Below the pieces are notes generated by a model, which was not told where the DNA came from, made no database searches, and was given only the letters and a program-made list of their open reading frames with translations. This document shows, piece by piece, positions 1-10,826 of a DNA stretch of 64,000 nt. A program made the position numbers and the translations under genes. Position 1 is the stretch's first letter, and the number at the start of each line of letters is the position of its first letter. This DNA is from an uncultured Alphaproteobacteria bacterium (GTDB lineage Bacteria > Pseudomonadota > Alphaproteobacteria > VGEJ01), in contig CAJWJK010000003.1 in assembly GCA_913041535.1 (NCBI GenBank), positions 90,953 through 154,952 on the forward strand, written 5' to 3'.

Positions 1-70
1 ATACAATTGTAGAGAACTTAAATATTGAAAGGTGTACTATCTATCCTAAAGGTACTCGAATACGTAGCTC

Positions 71-565
71 TTATTGGCCGTTTTTAGTTGTTAAGGTGGC
101 CCGAAGAATTAAAGCGTCCGTCATGTCGTTCCTGTACGTCGAGTAATAACAACGTCTGCGCCCAACATGGTCAAACTTACATTTTTCGTAAACTCTTTGT
201 GCCGCATAGTTGAATTCCTCAACCTCTAATAGAATGTTTGACACTCGTTTTTCTTGTGCCCACATTCTGCACTCCATGACGAGAATAGTTCCTATCCCCA
301 TTTTTCGGCAGGGAGCCTGGACACCCATGGTAAGAATTTCAGCCTCATCATGAAGACTTCGAGCCATTAAATAGCCAACAGAGTTTTCTCTATGCGGGGT
401 GTTTGCCAGGAGAGTTAATACATTTTCCGTTGTTACAAGCTGTTTAAGCGCATCAAACCCCCAACTAAAGCCAAAGCATTCATTTTGCAATGATGAGACT
501 GTTCTGATTTCTTTATCATTAGGGGATAGTAGTCTCCGGGCATGTATCTTGGAGTGGGCAATCAT
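71..565 (-). CDS. rimI: GNAT acetyltransferase, RimI-like
   Basis: EAEILTMGV..RKMGIG, LLEV..N..A..YEK..F..VGRR..YY motifs; follows tsaB. Start moved to ATG 565, which forms an ATGA overlap with the tsaB stop. Confidence 0.8.
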   Translation of the reverse strand: MIAHSKIHARRLLSPNDKEIRTVSSLQNECFGFSWGFDALKQLVTTENVLTLLANTPHRENSVGYLMARSLHDEAEILTMGVQAPCRKMGIGTILVMECRMWAQEKRVSNILLEVEEFNYAAQRVYEKCKFDHVGRRRCYYSTYRNDMTDALILRATLTTKNGQ

Positions 566-1239
566 AACGGGGGTAGAGGGTGAAGATACAGGGGACTTGG
601 TGTCGAGCAAATAGAAATTCCGAAACGCGTTATACGAGTGTGTGCCAATTTCGCGAGCGCGCGTGCATCAGGAGCATGACAAGGATCAATAACTCTAAAC
701 CCCTTTGTTTGATTCACTTTAGTGCTAAGGAACACAGCAGCATTTCCCACAATAACACCGCCAGTCTCTGGTAATATTGGTGTTGTGCCATCAACTTTCA
801 CTCTTTGGGGCGCGCATATGGCTCTGACGTCCTTTCCTTCTGGGTGAAATATCTGCATATAGACCTCATGATTTCGGGCCTCAAGGGCAGCCACAATGGA
901 TTCGTTGTCGTTAACGTGGCTCAGTACAAATGCTGCGTTAACTTCCATGGAGTTTAAACCAATACTCGGAAGTTCAGATACGAGTGCGATCGAGCGCGCT
1001 GCCGCCAGGCCGACACGCAACCCAGTAAAGCTCCCTGGTCCCGTAATAACGGAAATAGCATCAAGAGTGGTGAATGTTTCCTCAGCGTCAGCCATGGTGT
1101 CCTCTATCATGGGCACCAAAAGTTCTGCAGATCGGGAAGATTGACCTTCGCGAAAAGCGCTTACACGATCTCCATCCCAAACCGCGGTAGAGCAAGTTGT
1201 GTGGGCCGTGCTAAGTGCGAGAATCTTCAATATCTTCAA
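562..1239 (-). CDS. tsaB: tRNA t6A biosynthesis protein TsaB
   Basis: ILAL.TA...CS N-terminus and GPGSFTGLRVG motif; TTG start overlaps the upstream stop. Confidence 0.92.
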   Translation of the reverse strand: MKILKILALSTAHTTCSTAVWDGDRVSAFREGQSSRSAELLVPMIEDTMADAEETFTTLDAISVITGPGSFTGLRVGLAAARSIALVSELPSIGLNSMEVNAAFVLSHVNDNESIVAALEARNHEVYMQIFHPEGKDVRAICAPQRVKVDGTTPILPETGGVIVGNAAVFLSTKVNQTKGFRVIDPCHAPDARALAKLAHTRITRFGISICSTPSPLYLHPLPPL

Positions 1240-1814
1240 AGAATTTTACAAGCCTCACCAAATGCATGGCGTGGCAAGCGTTCAGGCATACTCGTTTTAT
1301 CCCCATATCCAAAATTTATCAATAAATTGGACTTTAAGCGCCCGTCTGGAAAAAATTCATTGTCTAGAGCTGTTTGATCGAAACCAGACATAGGTCCGCA
1401 GTCAAGACCAATAGCACGTGCAGCGATAATAAGATATGCGGCTTGGAGCGTGCTATTTCTAAATCCATGGATTTCAGCACTCTGCTGATCAGCGGCAAAG
1501 CTGGCTGCCGATTCTGCGTTGTCCATTAATTCAAAAAACCTTATGTCACGGGCAATGATGACCGTTGCTGATGCCGTCATTGTCTTGTTTATGTTACCGA
1601 CCGCTAGACATGGTTTGAGGCGATTCTTAGCTTCTGATGAGATTACAAACACAAACCGTGCGGGCTGACAATTAGCGCTGGTGGGACCCAGGCTCGTGAG
1701 CTCATAAAGTTTTCGTAAAAGCAACTCAGGAACTTCGCCATTTTGCCAGTCTCTGCAGGTTCGGGCATTGCCAAATATTACATCAAGGCCGCTGTTGTCT
1801 AGGGAGTTAGCCAC
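1236..1814 (-). CDS. Nitroreductase family, RutE/malonic semialdehyde reductase-like
   Basis: GPTSANCQPARFVFV, RNSTLQAAYLIIAARAIGLDCGPMSGFD, RLPR motifs. Confidence 0.85.
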   Translation of the reverse strand: MANSLDNSGLDVIFGNARTCRDWQNGEVPELLLRKLYELTSLGPTSANCQPARFVFVISSEAKNRLKPCLAVGNINKTMTASATVIIARDIRFFELMDNAESAASFAADQQSAEIHGFRNSTLQAAYLIIAARAIGLDCGPMSGFDQTALDNEFFPDGRLKSNLLINFGYGDKTSMPERLPRHAFGEACKIL

Positions 1815-1954
1815 ATCAGAGTTCCTTCAGCTATATTTAGGAAGTGGAGACAGTGGCGCAGAGCCTGTACCCTGGCAAGGCCATTATACTGGTATAAGGC
1901 AATGATATTACGCTAATGTGCAGATTCTATGACTGTGTGGCTGTATGGGGTGCT

Positions 1955-3010
1955 ATGCGTGGTTTTATAAACTTTACCACGGTTTTACTTGTCTCTGCTT
2001 TCGTTTTGTCTGGGCTTGGTGAAGCGGCCAACGCGAATATAACGGGAGATGGAGCGTCAATACTAATCTATCATCGTTTTGGTGAGAGGGGCCTTCCGTC
2101 AACCAATATTCGGTTGGATCAATTTGATGCCCACCTTCAGGAATTGTCGAATGAGACATATAACGTGATGTCTCTTCCGAATATTGTGTCAGCGTTTGAA
2201 AAAGGGTCTTTGCTTCCGGATCGTACATTAGCCATTACGATCGATGACGCTTTTCTATCGGTGTATACTGAAGCATGGCCGCGACTTAAGAAGGCCGGCT
2301 TTCCGTTCACGCTGTTTGTTTCTACAGGTCCAATCGATAATGGGACTGCGGGGTACATGACGTGGAACCATCTTCGTGAATTGGTAGCGGACGGGGTTAC
2401 GATTGGACATCATTCTGTAACCCATCGTCGAATGCACGAATTGAGTGCTGCTGAGAACATTAAAGAGATTGAAACTGCGAATAAGCGTTTCCTTAAGGAG
2501 CTTGGAATCGTACCAGTGCTTTTTTCATATCCTTTTGGAGAGTACACCCCATCCGTGAGAGATATTGTTGAAGCTGCTGGGTTTCGCGCAGCATTCGGTC
2601 AGCACTCTGGGGTTGCTCATAATAAGGCAGATCTACTGACGTTGCCGCGCTTTTCAATGAATGAGAAATACGGCAGCATCATTCGTTTTCGGCTTGTAGT
2701 TAACGCACTTCCTCTGCCGGTTAGTGAGGTCATACCGGCTGATCCATATCTTGTTAATAATCCCCCTGTGTTGGGATTTACCGTGGCTCCAAATCTAGGA
2801 GATTTAGCTCGTCTATCTTGCTTTGCTTCTCACGAGTCAAAGCCTGCAAGGCTTGAGCGTCTAGGAGAGCGCCGTATCGAGGTGCGTCTATCTAAGTCTT
2901 TTCCACCTGGGCGGGGGCGCGTTAACTGTACACTTCCAGCAAGCGATGGGCGGTGGCGCTGGTTTGGAATTCAGTTTATCGTTTCAGACGGTGTGGCGGA
3001 AACAAACTAA
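1955..3010 (+). CDS. Secreted polysaccharide deacetylase (CE4/NodB family)
   Basis: Signal-like N-terminus, ILIYHRF, ITIDD, HSVTH, FSYPFGE, LPRF. Start placed at ATG 1955 (ORF open from 1916). Confidence 0.85.
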   Translation: MRGFINFTTVLLVSAFVLSGLGEAANANITGDGASILIYHRFGERGLPSTNIRLDQFDAHLQELSNETYNVMSLPNIVSAFEKGSLLPDRTLAITIDDAFLSVYTEAWPRLKKAGFPFTLFVSTGPIDNGTAGYMTWNHLRELVADGVTIGHHSVTHRRMHELSAAENIKEIETANKRFLKELGIVPVLFSYPFGEYTPSVRDIVEAAGFRAAFGQHSGVAHNKADLLTLPRFSMNEKYGSIIRFRLVVNALPLPVSEVIPADPYLVNNPPVLGFTVAPNLGDLARLSCFASHESKPARLERLGERRIEVRLSKSFPPGRGRVNCTLPASDGRWRWFGIQFIVSDGVAETN

Positions 3011-3035
3011 CTGGTGAGGTTTAGGGGCACAGTTA

Positions 3036-3806
3036 ATGTATAGAGAGAATAGATTAAAAGCACGGCTGAAACAGGGATATAAGTGCCTTGGGTGTTGGCT
3101 TTGGCTCGGCAGCGCTGATGCGGCTGAGATTTTAGCATTGTCCGGATTTGATGTGCTTTTGATGGATCATGAGCATGGACCAGGAAACTTTAAAAGCGCA
3201 ATTGATATAATGCGCGCTTCCGCAGTCGGCGATGCAACGTTGGTAATGCGGGTGGAGTCTGATGATGCGGCGTTTCTCAAGAGAGCATTAGATTCTGGTG
3301 TTGAAGGGGTTATGGTTCCAGGAATTGAGACTGTGGATCAGGCGTTGGATGTGGTTAACGCTTGTCGTTACCCACCGTTAGGTAGGCGCGGAGCAGCCTT
3401 TAGTGCCACTAGGGCCTCAGACTATGGACTGCAGGGCCCGCACTATGCTGCAACGGCTGCGGACAATTTAATGCTCATTGCTCAAATTGAATCTGCTACA
3501 GCTGTAGAAAATGTGGAAGAGATAGCAGCAGTTGATGGAATAGACATGTTGTTTATTGGCCCGACTGATTTGTCTGGCAGTGTTGAAAAGCTTCTACAGT
3601 TTGATGACCCAGAAGTCAGTGAGTTAATTGAGAAAGCTGAACGTGGCATTAAGCAATCAGGAAAAGCGCTTGGCGGCATTGTGTTGGGTACTGAAAATAT
3701 AGTTAGTAAATTTGAGCGTGGTTATGATCTTATAGTTGCAGGTGGTGATGTAGTGTTCCTTCGGGAAGGTGCAAAGGCACTACGGACTCAGATTCCGTCA
3801 GAATAG
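3036..3806 (+). CDS. HpcH/HpaI class II aldolase family
   Basis: DHEHGP, RALDSG..GVMVP, RYPPLGRRG, QIES, FIGPTDLS. Confidence 0.88.
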   Translation: MYRENRLKARLKQGYKCLGCWLWLGSADAAEILALSGFDVLLMDHEHGPGNFKSAIDIMRASAVGDATLVMRVESDDAAFLKRALDSGVEGVMVPGIETVDQALDVVNACRYPPLGRRGAAFSATRASDYGLQGPHYAATAADNLMLIAQIESATAVENVEEIAAVDGIDMLFIGPTDLSGSVEKLLQFDDPEVSELIEKAERGIKQSGKALGGIVLGTENIVSKFERGYDLIVAGGDVVFLREGAKALRTQIPSE

Positions 3807-3813
3807 ATCTGTC

Positions 3814-4830
3814 TCAAAGACTTCTTCTCGTAAATGCTAGGGTAACATCGTCTAACAGGTCAAAGCCGTTGGCTCGAATGATTGATCGAATGGTGGCAAT
3901 ATAATCTGTACCGCGTTCAGAGTATCTCCCGAGTGTTGCGGCTAGTTTGTAGCCATCGAGGCTTTCGTCTTGCAACCGCATCTCTGATCGGGCTTTGCGG
4001 AACGTTTCGTATGCCCAGTGGCTATTAAGATTAAGCATGTACGTTGCAACAGAGAAATGAAGTCCGTCAAAGACCCTGACCTCATGCTGTTTATCAGCAT
4101 CACGTTGTTCGGGTACCAGGCCTCTCCCTGTCGTAAAGGTGCGTTCCCCGAACACAGCATTGCCCTCGCGGGCGAATCTAGAGGTTCCCCACCCAGACTC
4201 CTCGACAGCTTGAGCAAGCGCGAGTGAGGGGGGCACCTTGTCCACTCTTTCAAGCAATGCTTGAAAATTATCGGGAGCTACACCGTAGACTGACGCAAGG
4301 CCCTCTAGCCATATCTTGCTATCATTGGAAATCTTACCAGTTATTCTTGCTTGCGTGGCTATCGCAAGAACCCGTTGGCGTTCCATCGATATTACTTCGT
4401 TTGCACGCAGGATGAGTGGAAGAATTGCCTGAACAAAAAGGCGTTTGCGTTCACTAACAGAAGCAGCAGAAAGATCGTGTGGTAGAGTGCTTAGGAATAA
4501 TCGAGGGACATCTCGTTCGCCTTCCGTGATTGCAGATAGGTCATAATTAAACTGAGAGAATTTTTGCTTCAAACTTGCACTGTCATCAACTTCGAAAGAA
4601 ATTGGCACCAGATTAGAATTTACTGAAGCATTACCATGCCAGAATTTAGCGTACTCTATTGGTGGTATATAGGGGTTGCTAGTCACTGCCGCTGTGTAGA
4701 GGCTTGCAATGCATATCACCAATACGACTAGAGCTGGTTTCTTTGCGGCGAGGCGAGAAACATCACTTAGTAAAGATGGTTTATTCGAGCTCAACGTTTT
4801 ATAGACTTTTACCATATCCCTGACCGTCAT
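3814..4830 (-). CDS. Membrane-anchored glucosaminidase-domain (Bax-like) protein
   Basis: N-terminal TM segment, LALAQAVEESGWGTSRFAREGNAVFG, YMLNLNSH.AY, YSERG..Y. Confidence 0.85.
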   Translation of the reverse strand: MTVRDMVKVYKTLSSNKPSLLSDVSRLAAKKPALVVLVICIASLYTAAVTSNPYIPPIEYAKFWHGNASVNSNLVPISFEVDDSASLKQKFSQFNYDLSAITEGERDVPRLFLSTLPHDLSAASVSERKRLFVQAILPLILRANEVISMERQRVLAIATQARITGKISNDSKIWLEGLASVYGVAPDNFQALLERVDKVPPSLALAQAVEESGWGTSRFAREGNAVFGERTFTTGRGLVPEQRDADKQHEVRVFDGLHFSVATYMLNLNSHWAYETFRKARSEMRLQDESLDGYKLAATLGRYSERGTDYIATIRSIIRANGFDLLDDVTLAFTRRSL

Positions 4831-5014
4831 AGCCTTATCGCTAGACTATTTTTAGTTGTTATTTGTACGCACCAAAAAAATAGACCTTCTTAGGTGCTAC
4901 GCCAACAGCATCTTCGAATACCACGTTTGCTAATATTGTTCTACGTTTAGTTGAGCGCCAAAGCTAATTATAGAAATTGTACATATCCATGGTAGGTTTT
5001 TATATTGAGAGTAA

Positions 5015-5064
5015 TAGCGGATTCGGCAGAACTCGAACCCACGATCTTTCAGCTATGAATCGAA
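5015..5064 (-). other. tRNA-like 3' half (degenerate), overlapping the trpS stop codon
   Basis: Minus strand reads TTCGA-TTCATAG-CTGAA-AGATC-GTGGG-TTCGAGT-TCTGC-CGAATCC-GCTA, matching canonical anticodon arm, variable loop, T arm and acceptor spacing. Stems are weak and no 5' half is present. Confidence 0.35.
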
Positions 5065-6060
5065 AGATCCAACGAAACCTATTATATGCTGCACATCTCT
5101 CAATATTGGTGCTGCCATAGCACTAGCCTTTTCTGCTCCGTTTTTCAGAACCATTTCTACATGATCAGTATCTTCCATTAGTTGGCACATGCGGGCTGTG
5201 ATTGGTGTTAGTTCTCTAAGTGCAAGCTCAGTGAGAGCTTCTTTAAAGACCAAAAATGATTTTCCTTCAAATTGCTGGCAAACCTCTGCGACGCTTAGCC
5301 GAGAAAGACTAGCAAATATCCCAATCAAATTCGCCGCTTCTGGTCGTGTTTCGAGTTCTGAAGGCAGCCCGGGTAACGGGTGAGAATCTGTTTTAGCTTT
5401 ACGGATTTTGCGGGCGATATTGTCGCGTGAATCATTGAAATTAATACGAGAATTGTCGGATGGCTCGGATTTACTCATTTTTTGGTTGCCATCGCGCAAG
5501 CTCATTACACGTGTTGCAGCTCCAAGAATGAGCGGCTCCACGAGAGGAAAGAAGTCAACGCCATATGAACTATTAAACGATTGAGCAATATCTCGGACTA
5601 GTTCCAAATGCTGTTTTTGATCATCTCCCACGGGCACATGCGTTGCGTGGTAGGCCAAAATGTCAGCGGCCATAAGGGTCGGATAAGCGTATAGCCCGAC
5701 GGACGCCTTTTCGCGATTTTTCCCAGCCTTTTCCTTGAATTGGGTCATGCGATTGAGCCACCCTAATCGAGCAGTACAGTTAAAGAGCCACGCCAATTCA
5801 CTATGCGCTGGCACCTGGCTCTGGTTAAATAAGATACTGCTGTCCGGGTTTATACCAGCGGCGAGAAGGCTGGCAGTCACCTCAAGCGTATTTCTCCTTA
5901 GTTCCTCTGGGCTCTGGAAAACGGTGATGGCATGAAGGTCCACTACGCAATAGAGACAGTCATAACTCTCTTGTAAGTCGACCCAATTGCGAATTGCTCC
6001 CAAATAGTTACCAAGGTGCAAATTTCCTGTGGGCTGTACTCCTGAAAATATCCGATTCAT
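5053..6060 (-). CDS. trpS: Tryptophan--tRNA ligase
   Basis: [46 protein letters not shown]. Start at ATG 6060. Confidence 0.97.
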   Translation of the reverse strand: MNRIFSGVQPTGNLHLGNYLGAIRNWVDLQESYDCLYCVVDLHAITVFQSPEELRRNTLEVTASLLAAGINPDSSILFNQSQVPAHSELAWLFNCTARLGWLNRMTQFKEKAGKNREKASVGLYAYPTLMAADILAYHATHVPVGDDQKQHLELVRDIAQSFNSSYGVDFFPLVEPLILGAATRVMSLRDGNQKMSKSEPSDNSRINFNDSRDNIARKIRKAKTDSHPLPGLPSELETRPEAANLIGIFASLSRLSVAEVCQQFEGKSFLVFKEALTELALRELTPITARMCQLMEDTDHVEMVLKNGAEKASAMAAPILRDVQHIIGFVGSFDS

Positions 6061-6095
6061 TGTTTCGAACTCTAAAGGCTGTAATAGCACTCGTG

Positions 6096-7685
6096 TTATC
6101 GCTCAGAGAGTTCTGTTCGGTCAACTCCCTTAGATCTATTAGTGCGACGCATTGCAAGCGCCTTTATTTCGCTAAGGTGCATAGCGCCACTAAAATGGGC
6201 CGAAATAGCGTAGAGCGCCACTCCAATAATAATCAAAATAGCAAGGGCAGTAATTTGCTCTATTTTACCCCCAAGGAACGACTCAGAAAACATTCTTTCT
6301 AACAGCCATAGACCGGCTGCCATTATAGCGCTTGAAATAAACATTCGGGGTACACGCTTCTTGATTCGGCTATCAATCTTAAAGATGGATTTTTTTCTAA
6401 GATAGTAAGCTAGCAGTATAGTGTTAAGCCAAGCAGATATTGCAGTCGCTAGTGCAAGACCAATATGTTGAAAGGGTCCCATAAGCACAAGGTTCAATAT
6501 GAGGTTAGCAACCACACATAGCAACGCAATGCGGACTGGGGTTTTTGTGTCCTTTCTAGCGAAGTAGGCTGGTGTTAGCACCTTAACTAATACGTATGCG
6601 GGAAGACCTAACGAGTAAGCCATCAGGGCAGTTCCGGTAGCCACGGCCGCATAAGCGGTGAACTCACCATGGCCAAATAAAACTTTGATGATTACGTCAG
6701 AGGAAACTAAAAATGCGGCTGCCGATGGAAGTGCGAGCAACATCGCAAGTTCTACTGCACGATTTTGGCTAACTTCGGCAGCGTGAGTATCACCGGATGC
6801 GATCTGACGGGACAGCATTGGCAGAAGAGCAGTTCCAAGGGCTACTCCAACGATGCCTATAGGTAGCTGGTTTACTCGGTCAGCAAAATATAGAAACGTC
6901 ACTGATCCGTCCGGAAGGAAGGATGCGAGAACAATATCGACAATCAAGTTTATTTGAATTACGCCAGCACCAATAACACCTGGAAGCATTAGGCGCAGCA
7001 ATTCTGATGTGCGGTGCGTGAGTCGGGGCCACCGTAACCTTAGGCTGAGACCCGCCTTTTTAAGTGCTGCCGTGATCCATACTAGCTGAAGTACGCCGGC
7101 AGTTGTTACGCTCCAGGCAAGAGCATGTCCGGCGGTCTCTGTGTGCTGTGCAAGCCAAAGAATGCCAGCAATCATGAATAGGTTGAGCAAGATTGGTGTG
7201 GCAGCTAAGGCGGCAAAACGTCCGAGTGTGTTGAGTATGCCTCCCATTAGGGAGACTAGACTGATAAGCAAAAGGTATGGAAATGTAAGTCGTGTCAATG
7301 CAACCGTCAGGTCAAATTTATTTGGGTCACTGGTGAAGCCCGGAGCTAGTCCATACATGACCCAAGGCATAGAAATTTGCATGACAGTTACAAAAGCCAG
7401 TAGACAAAATAGCAATATGCTTAATATCTGTTCGGCAAAAAGACGGGCCTCCACTTTACCGTCTTGCTCTAGAATGGAAGAAAATAGTGGTACAAAACTA
7501 GCGTTAAGTGCCCCTTCGGCAAAAAGTCTGCGAAAAAAATTTGGCAATTTGAATGCAACAAAGAAGCAGTCGGCGAGAGGTCCAGCGCCAAGTCCGTGCG
7601 CAATCAGAATATCGCGTGTAAAGCCTAGTAAACGGCTTATCGCGGTGAAGGCTCCCACCGTGGTCGCGGCTCGAAGAAGATTCAT
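6096..7685 (-). CDS. murJ: Lipid II flippase MurJ (MviN)
   Basis: [47 protein letters not shown]; many TM segments. Confidence 0.96.
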   Translation of the reverse strand: MNLLRAATTVGAFTAISRLLGFTRDILIAHGLGAGPLADCFFVAFKLPNFFRRLFAEGALNASFVPLFSSILEQDGKVEARLFAEQILSILLFCLLAFVTVMQISMPWVMYGLAPGFTSDPNKFDLTVALTRLTFPYLLLISLVSLMGGILNTLGRFAALAATPILLNLFMIAGILWLAQHTETAGHALAWSVTTAGVLQLVWITAALKKAGLSLRLRWPRLTHRTSELLRLMLPGVIGAGVIQINLIVDIVLASFLPDGSVTFLYFADRVNQLPIGIVGVALGTALLPMLSRQIASGDTHAAEVSQNRAVELAMLLALPSAAAFLVSSDVIIKVLFGHGEFTAYAAVATGTALMAYSLGLPAYVLVKVLTPAYFARKDTKTPVRIALLCVVANLILNLVLMGPFQHIGLALATAISAWLNTILLAYYLRKKSIFKIDSRIKKRVPRMFISSAIMAAGLWLLERMFSESFLGGKIEQITALAILIIIGVALYAISAHFSGAMHLSEIKALAMRRTNRSKGVDRTELSER

Positions 7686-8035
7686 TGTGAATAACCAAGG
7701 AAAGAAGTCAAAGCAAATTGCTGGTTAGCCAACTGTGAAGCTTCGTCGAAATTTAACAGGCAAGTATATGATGGGAACTCGTCTAAATTATACAATTCCT
7801 TTATCCGATAAAGTCTACAAAAGATATGAAGGTTTCTTTTGTTGTAAGTTGTTTCATTGTGGCGCGGGGTGTAGTGAAATAGACCCGTGAAGGATGTCTG
7901 CAACATCATGGAATAGCAAGCTATCTAGTAGGTTGTTCATGGAGGGCTTATAGTTCGACTATTGATTTACGGTATGTGCGGTTCTAGGGTTTCTTAGTAT
8001 TTGGCTGATTAACTTTATCAACATGTGAGGGTTGA

Positions 8036-9148
8036 ATGGACGTTCGAGCTGCTGTGGCTTACGAGGCTGGCGCCCCTCTAGAAATTGAAACAGTGAGTCT
8101 GGAGGGGCCCAAAGATGGCGAAGTGCTGGTTGAAATTAAGGCTACTGGCGTGTGTCATACGGACGAATTTACACGGTCGGGTGCGGATCCGGAGGGGTTG
8201 TTCCCTTCTATTCTTGGACATGAAGGTGCGGGAGTCGTTGTGGACGTTGGGGCTGGCGTAAGTTCGGTTGAGGTGGGAGATCATGTCATTCCGTTATATA
8301 CACCAGAATGTCGTCAGTGTGAGTATTGCCTTTCAGGTAAAACGAATCTGTGTCAGGCAATTCGAGTAACTCAAGGACAGGGATTAATGCCCGACGGTTC
8401 TAGTCGTTTCTCTCGCGGTGATGAAAAAATCTATCATTACATGGGCACATCAACTTTTGCCAACTATACGGTGCTCCCAGAAATAGCGGTTGCTAAGGTT
8501 CGCAATGACGCCCCTTTCGACAAGATATGTTACATCGGATGTGGTGTAACAACTGGTATTGGCGCCGTGATTAACACCGCTAAGGTTGAGCCAGGGGCAA
8601 ATGTTGTCGTTTTTGGTCTTGGGGGCATAGGACTTAACGTAATTCAGGGAGCCCGTTTGGTGGGAGCTGATAGGATTATTGGTGTTGATACCAATTCTCG
8701 TAAACGGGTGCTGGCAGAGAAATTTGGTATGACAGATTATGTGAACCCTAGTGAAATTGAAGGTGATCTTACCTCATATCTGGTAGATCTAACGAAGGGC
8801 GGTGCAGACTACAGTTTTGAGTGTATCGGCAACGTTAATACCATGCGTCAGGCATTAGAATGTTGCCATAAGGGTTGGGGCGAGAGTGTGATTATTGGTG
8901 TTGCTGGTGCTGGCCAAGAAATTTCAACTCGGCCATTTCAACTGGTCACTGGGCGGGTTTGGCGAGGTACGGCATTTGGCGGTGCGAAGGGGAGAACTGA
9001 GGTTCCTCAGATTGTCGATTGGTATATGGATGGAAAAATTAATATTGATGATTTGATTACACATAAAATGCCGCTTGATGAAATAAACAGAGCATTTGAG
9101 TTAATGCATGATGGAAGCTCTATCCGGAGTGTGGTGGTTTTTGAATAG
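8036..9148 (+). CDS. frmA: S-(hydroxymethyl)glutathione dehydrogenase / class III alcohol dehydrogenase
   Basis: GVCHTD, ILGHEG, C..C..C..C zinc site, [26 protein letters not shown]. Confidence 0.95.
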   Translation: MDVRAAVAYEAGAPLEIETVSLEGPKDGEVLVEIKATGVCHTDEFTRSGADPEGLFPSILGHEGAGVVVDVGAGVSSVEVGDHVIPLYTPECRQCEYCLSGKTNLCQAIRVTQGQGLMPDGSSRFSRGDEKIYHYMGTSTFANYTVLPEIAVAKVRNDAPFDKICYIGCGVTTGIGAVINTAKVEPGANVVVFGLGGIGLNVIQGARLVGADRIIGVDTNSRKRVLAEKFGMTDYVNPSEIEGDLTSYLVDLTKGGADYSFECIGNVNTMRQALECCHKGWGESVIIGVAGAGQEISTRPFQLVTGRVWRGTAFGGAKGRTEVPQIVDWYMDGKINIDDLITHKMPLDEINRAFELMHDGSSIRSVVVFE

Positions 9149-9212
9149 AACTGGTAGATCGCGCGCAGAACTAGTGGTGCTGTCTTGCTCAGCAGTGTGG
9201 CCCGACTGTTAT

Positions 9213-9929
9213 TTACGACGTTAATTGGTAACCGTCTGGCACTGTAATTAGGAGCTCATTCTTTGAAGGGTTCTGTTCAATTTTTTGGCGCAGGCGATAG
9301 ATGTGTGTTTCGAGGGTATGAGTAGTTACTGAGGCATTGTAGCCCCATATTTCGTCTAAGAGCACATCTCGTGTTACAGTTTTTTTGTCAGCACCATGCA
9401 GACATTTCAGAATCTCGGTTTCCTTGGTTGTTAGACGCACGGTGGAATCGGCGTCTGCATCTATTAAGAGTTTCGAGCTTGGGAAGAAACTAAAGCGCCC
9501 TATGGAAAATACGGATTCAGAAGTGGTTTCGTGGTGAGGGAGATATGTGTGAATGCGTTCTAGTAAGATATCTAGTCGAAATGGCTTGATTAGGTAATCA
9601 TCGGCTCGCAAACGATCCTTGTATTCGGAGGCTTCATTGGCTTGAGAGTTAGTAAGCATGATGATCGGGATTTTAACTTTGTCTGGTAGAAAGGTCTCGA
9701 CAATGTCTTGTTGTCTCAAGGGAATTATAGAATCGCTAATCAAAATGACATCAAATTGCTCAGCTTTAGCTTTCGAAACGCCAGATTCATAAGTGCAGGC
9801 GACCGTGAGCGCTAGTTCGTCCGTTAGGTCAAGTTGCTCCTTTATTGAGTCGATCAGGGCAACATCGTTGTCCACCATAAGAATTCTTCTGGGAGAGGTC
9901 ATACGCACATCAACGCTGTTGGTATTCAT
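9213..9929 (-). CDS. cenR: OmpR-family response regulator, CenR/OtpR-like, with atypical receiver
   Basis: Winged-helix motif WGYNASVTTHTLETHIYRLRQKIE typical of alphaproteobacterial CenR; near ribA, L,D-transpeptidase and yggS. Receiver is divergent. Start may be 9902. Confidence 0.7.
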   Translation of the reverse strand: MNTNSVDVRMTSPRRILMVDNDVALIDSIKEQLDLTDELALTVACTYESGVSKAKAEQFDVILISDSIIPLRQQDIVETFLPDKVKIPIIMLTNSQANEASEYKDRLRADDYLIKPFRLDILLERIHTYLPHHETTSESVFSIGRFSFFPSSKLLIDADADSTVRLTTKETEILKCLHGADKKTVTRDVLLDEIWGYNASVTTHTLETHIYRLRQKIEQNPSKNELLITVPDGYQLTS

Positions 9930-9965
9930 CGCGGAAAAATTGGGGAAACATGTTTTGTATTGTTT

Positions 9966-10826
9966 CTATGATGGTTTAGCTAGGGTTATAAGAGCTTGGG
10001 ATAGCTCGGTGTCAGGTATCGTAATATCGTCAATAACATTAAAATGATTTCGAGTTTCTACAGCAACAACTTGACATTTAAGGCCCTGATCTATCCAGGC
10101 CTTGGCTAAGGTCTGGGTCTGGCGTGCAAATTCGTCCGTTTCATCGGCGCCATAGGCCAATGTCAAGGGGCACGATTTTTGAGGCAAATTATAGAGAGGA
10201 CTATTTCGGGCCACTGCAGCATCATCTAGTTTCAGGGCCTCATTTTGGTAGCTTAGTTGAATTGGCTTAAGATCATAAATACCGCAAATTGCGCATGCCC
10301 CTACAATAGGCATGGATGGCATTTGAGTATCAAAGTTTTTCCATTCAGTTGCCAGAAGCATGAGAACAAGATGACCACCGGCTGAGTGTCCAGACACACT
10401 TATTTGGTTCCGGTTGCCTCCATATGAGGTAGCGTTATGCCAGGTCCATGCGAGGGCTGCACGGTTTTGACGGACAATTTCATCAATATTTACATTCGGC
10501 ACCAGGTCATAATTGATGATAACCGTAGTAATACCAGCGGAAACTAGAGGTTCAGCTAGATAGCTGTAGTCCTTTTTATCGAGGTTTTGCCAATAACCTC
10601 CATGAATAAATATATGCACCGGGGCGTTTGCAATTTTCGCCGGAAAGATATCAAGAGTTTCTTTTGCTGAAGGACCATAATGAATGTTTAGATGGCAATT
10701 GAGTGTTGTTCGGCTTCTTTTACTGCGATGATCCCAAGAGTCGAAGTAGGTCTGGAATTCGGGATGACGTTCACGCAAGTTATATTGGGCATCTAATTCA
10801 GTCTGGTCATAATTGAGGTATACCAT
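9966..10826 (-). CDS. Alpha/beta hydrolase, arylformamidase (kynurenine formamidase)-like
   Basis: LDAQYN, FIHGGYWQ, GHSAGGHL nucleophile elbow, E..EF and NHF catalytic-triad regions. Confidence 0.85.
   Translation of the reverse strand: MVYLNYDQTELDAQYNLRERHPEFQTYFDSWDHRSKRSRTTLNCHLNIHYGPSAKETLDIFPAKIANAPVHIFIHGGYWQNLDKKDYSYLAEPLVSAGITTVIINYDLVPNVNIDEIVRQNRAALAWTWHNATSYGGNRNQISVSGHSAGGHLVLMLLATEWKNFDTQMPSMPIVGACAICGIYDLKPIQLSYQNEALKLDDAAVARNSPLYNLPQKSCPLTLAYGADETDEFARQTQTLAKAWIDQGLKCQVVAVETRNHFNVIDDITIPDTELSQALITLAKPS

Noticed and set aside
7682-7909. 75-aa ORF upstream of murJ, considered as a leader peptide or glnD remnant
   Set aside because: No recognisable motif or ACT-domain similarity; AT-rich sequence more consistent with a promoter spacer.
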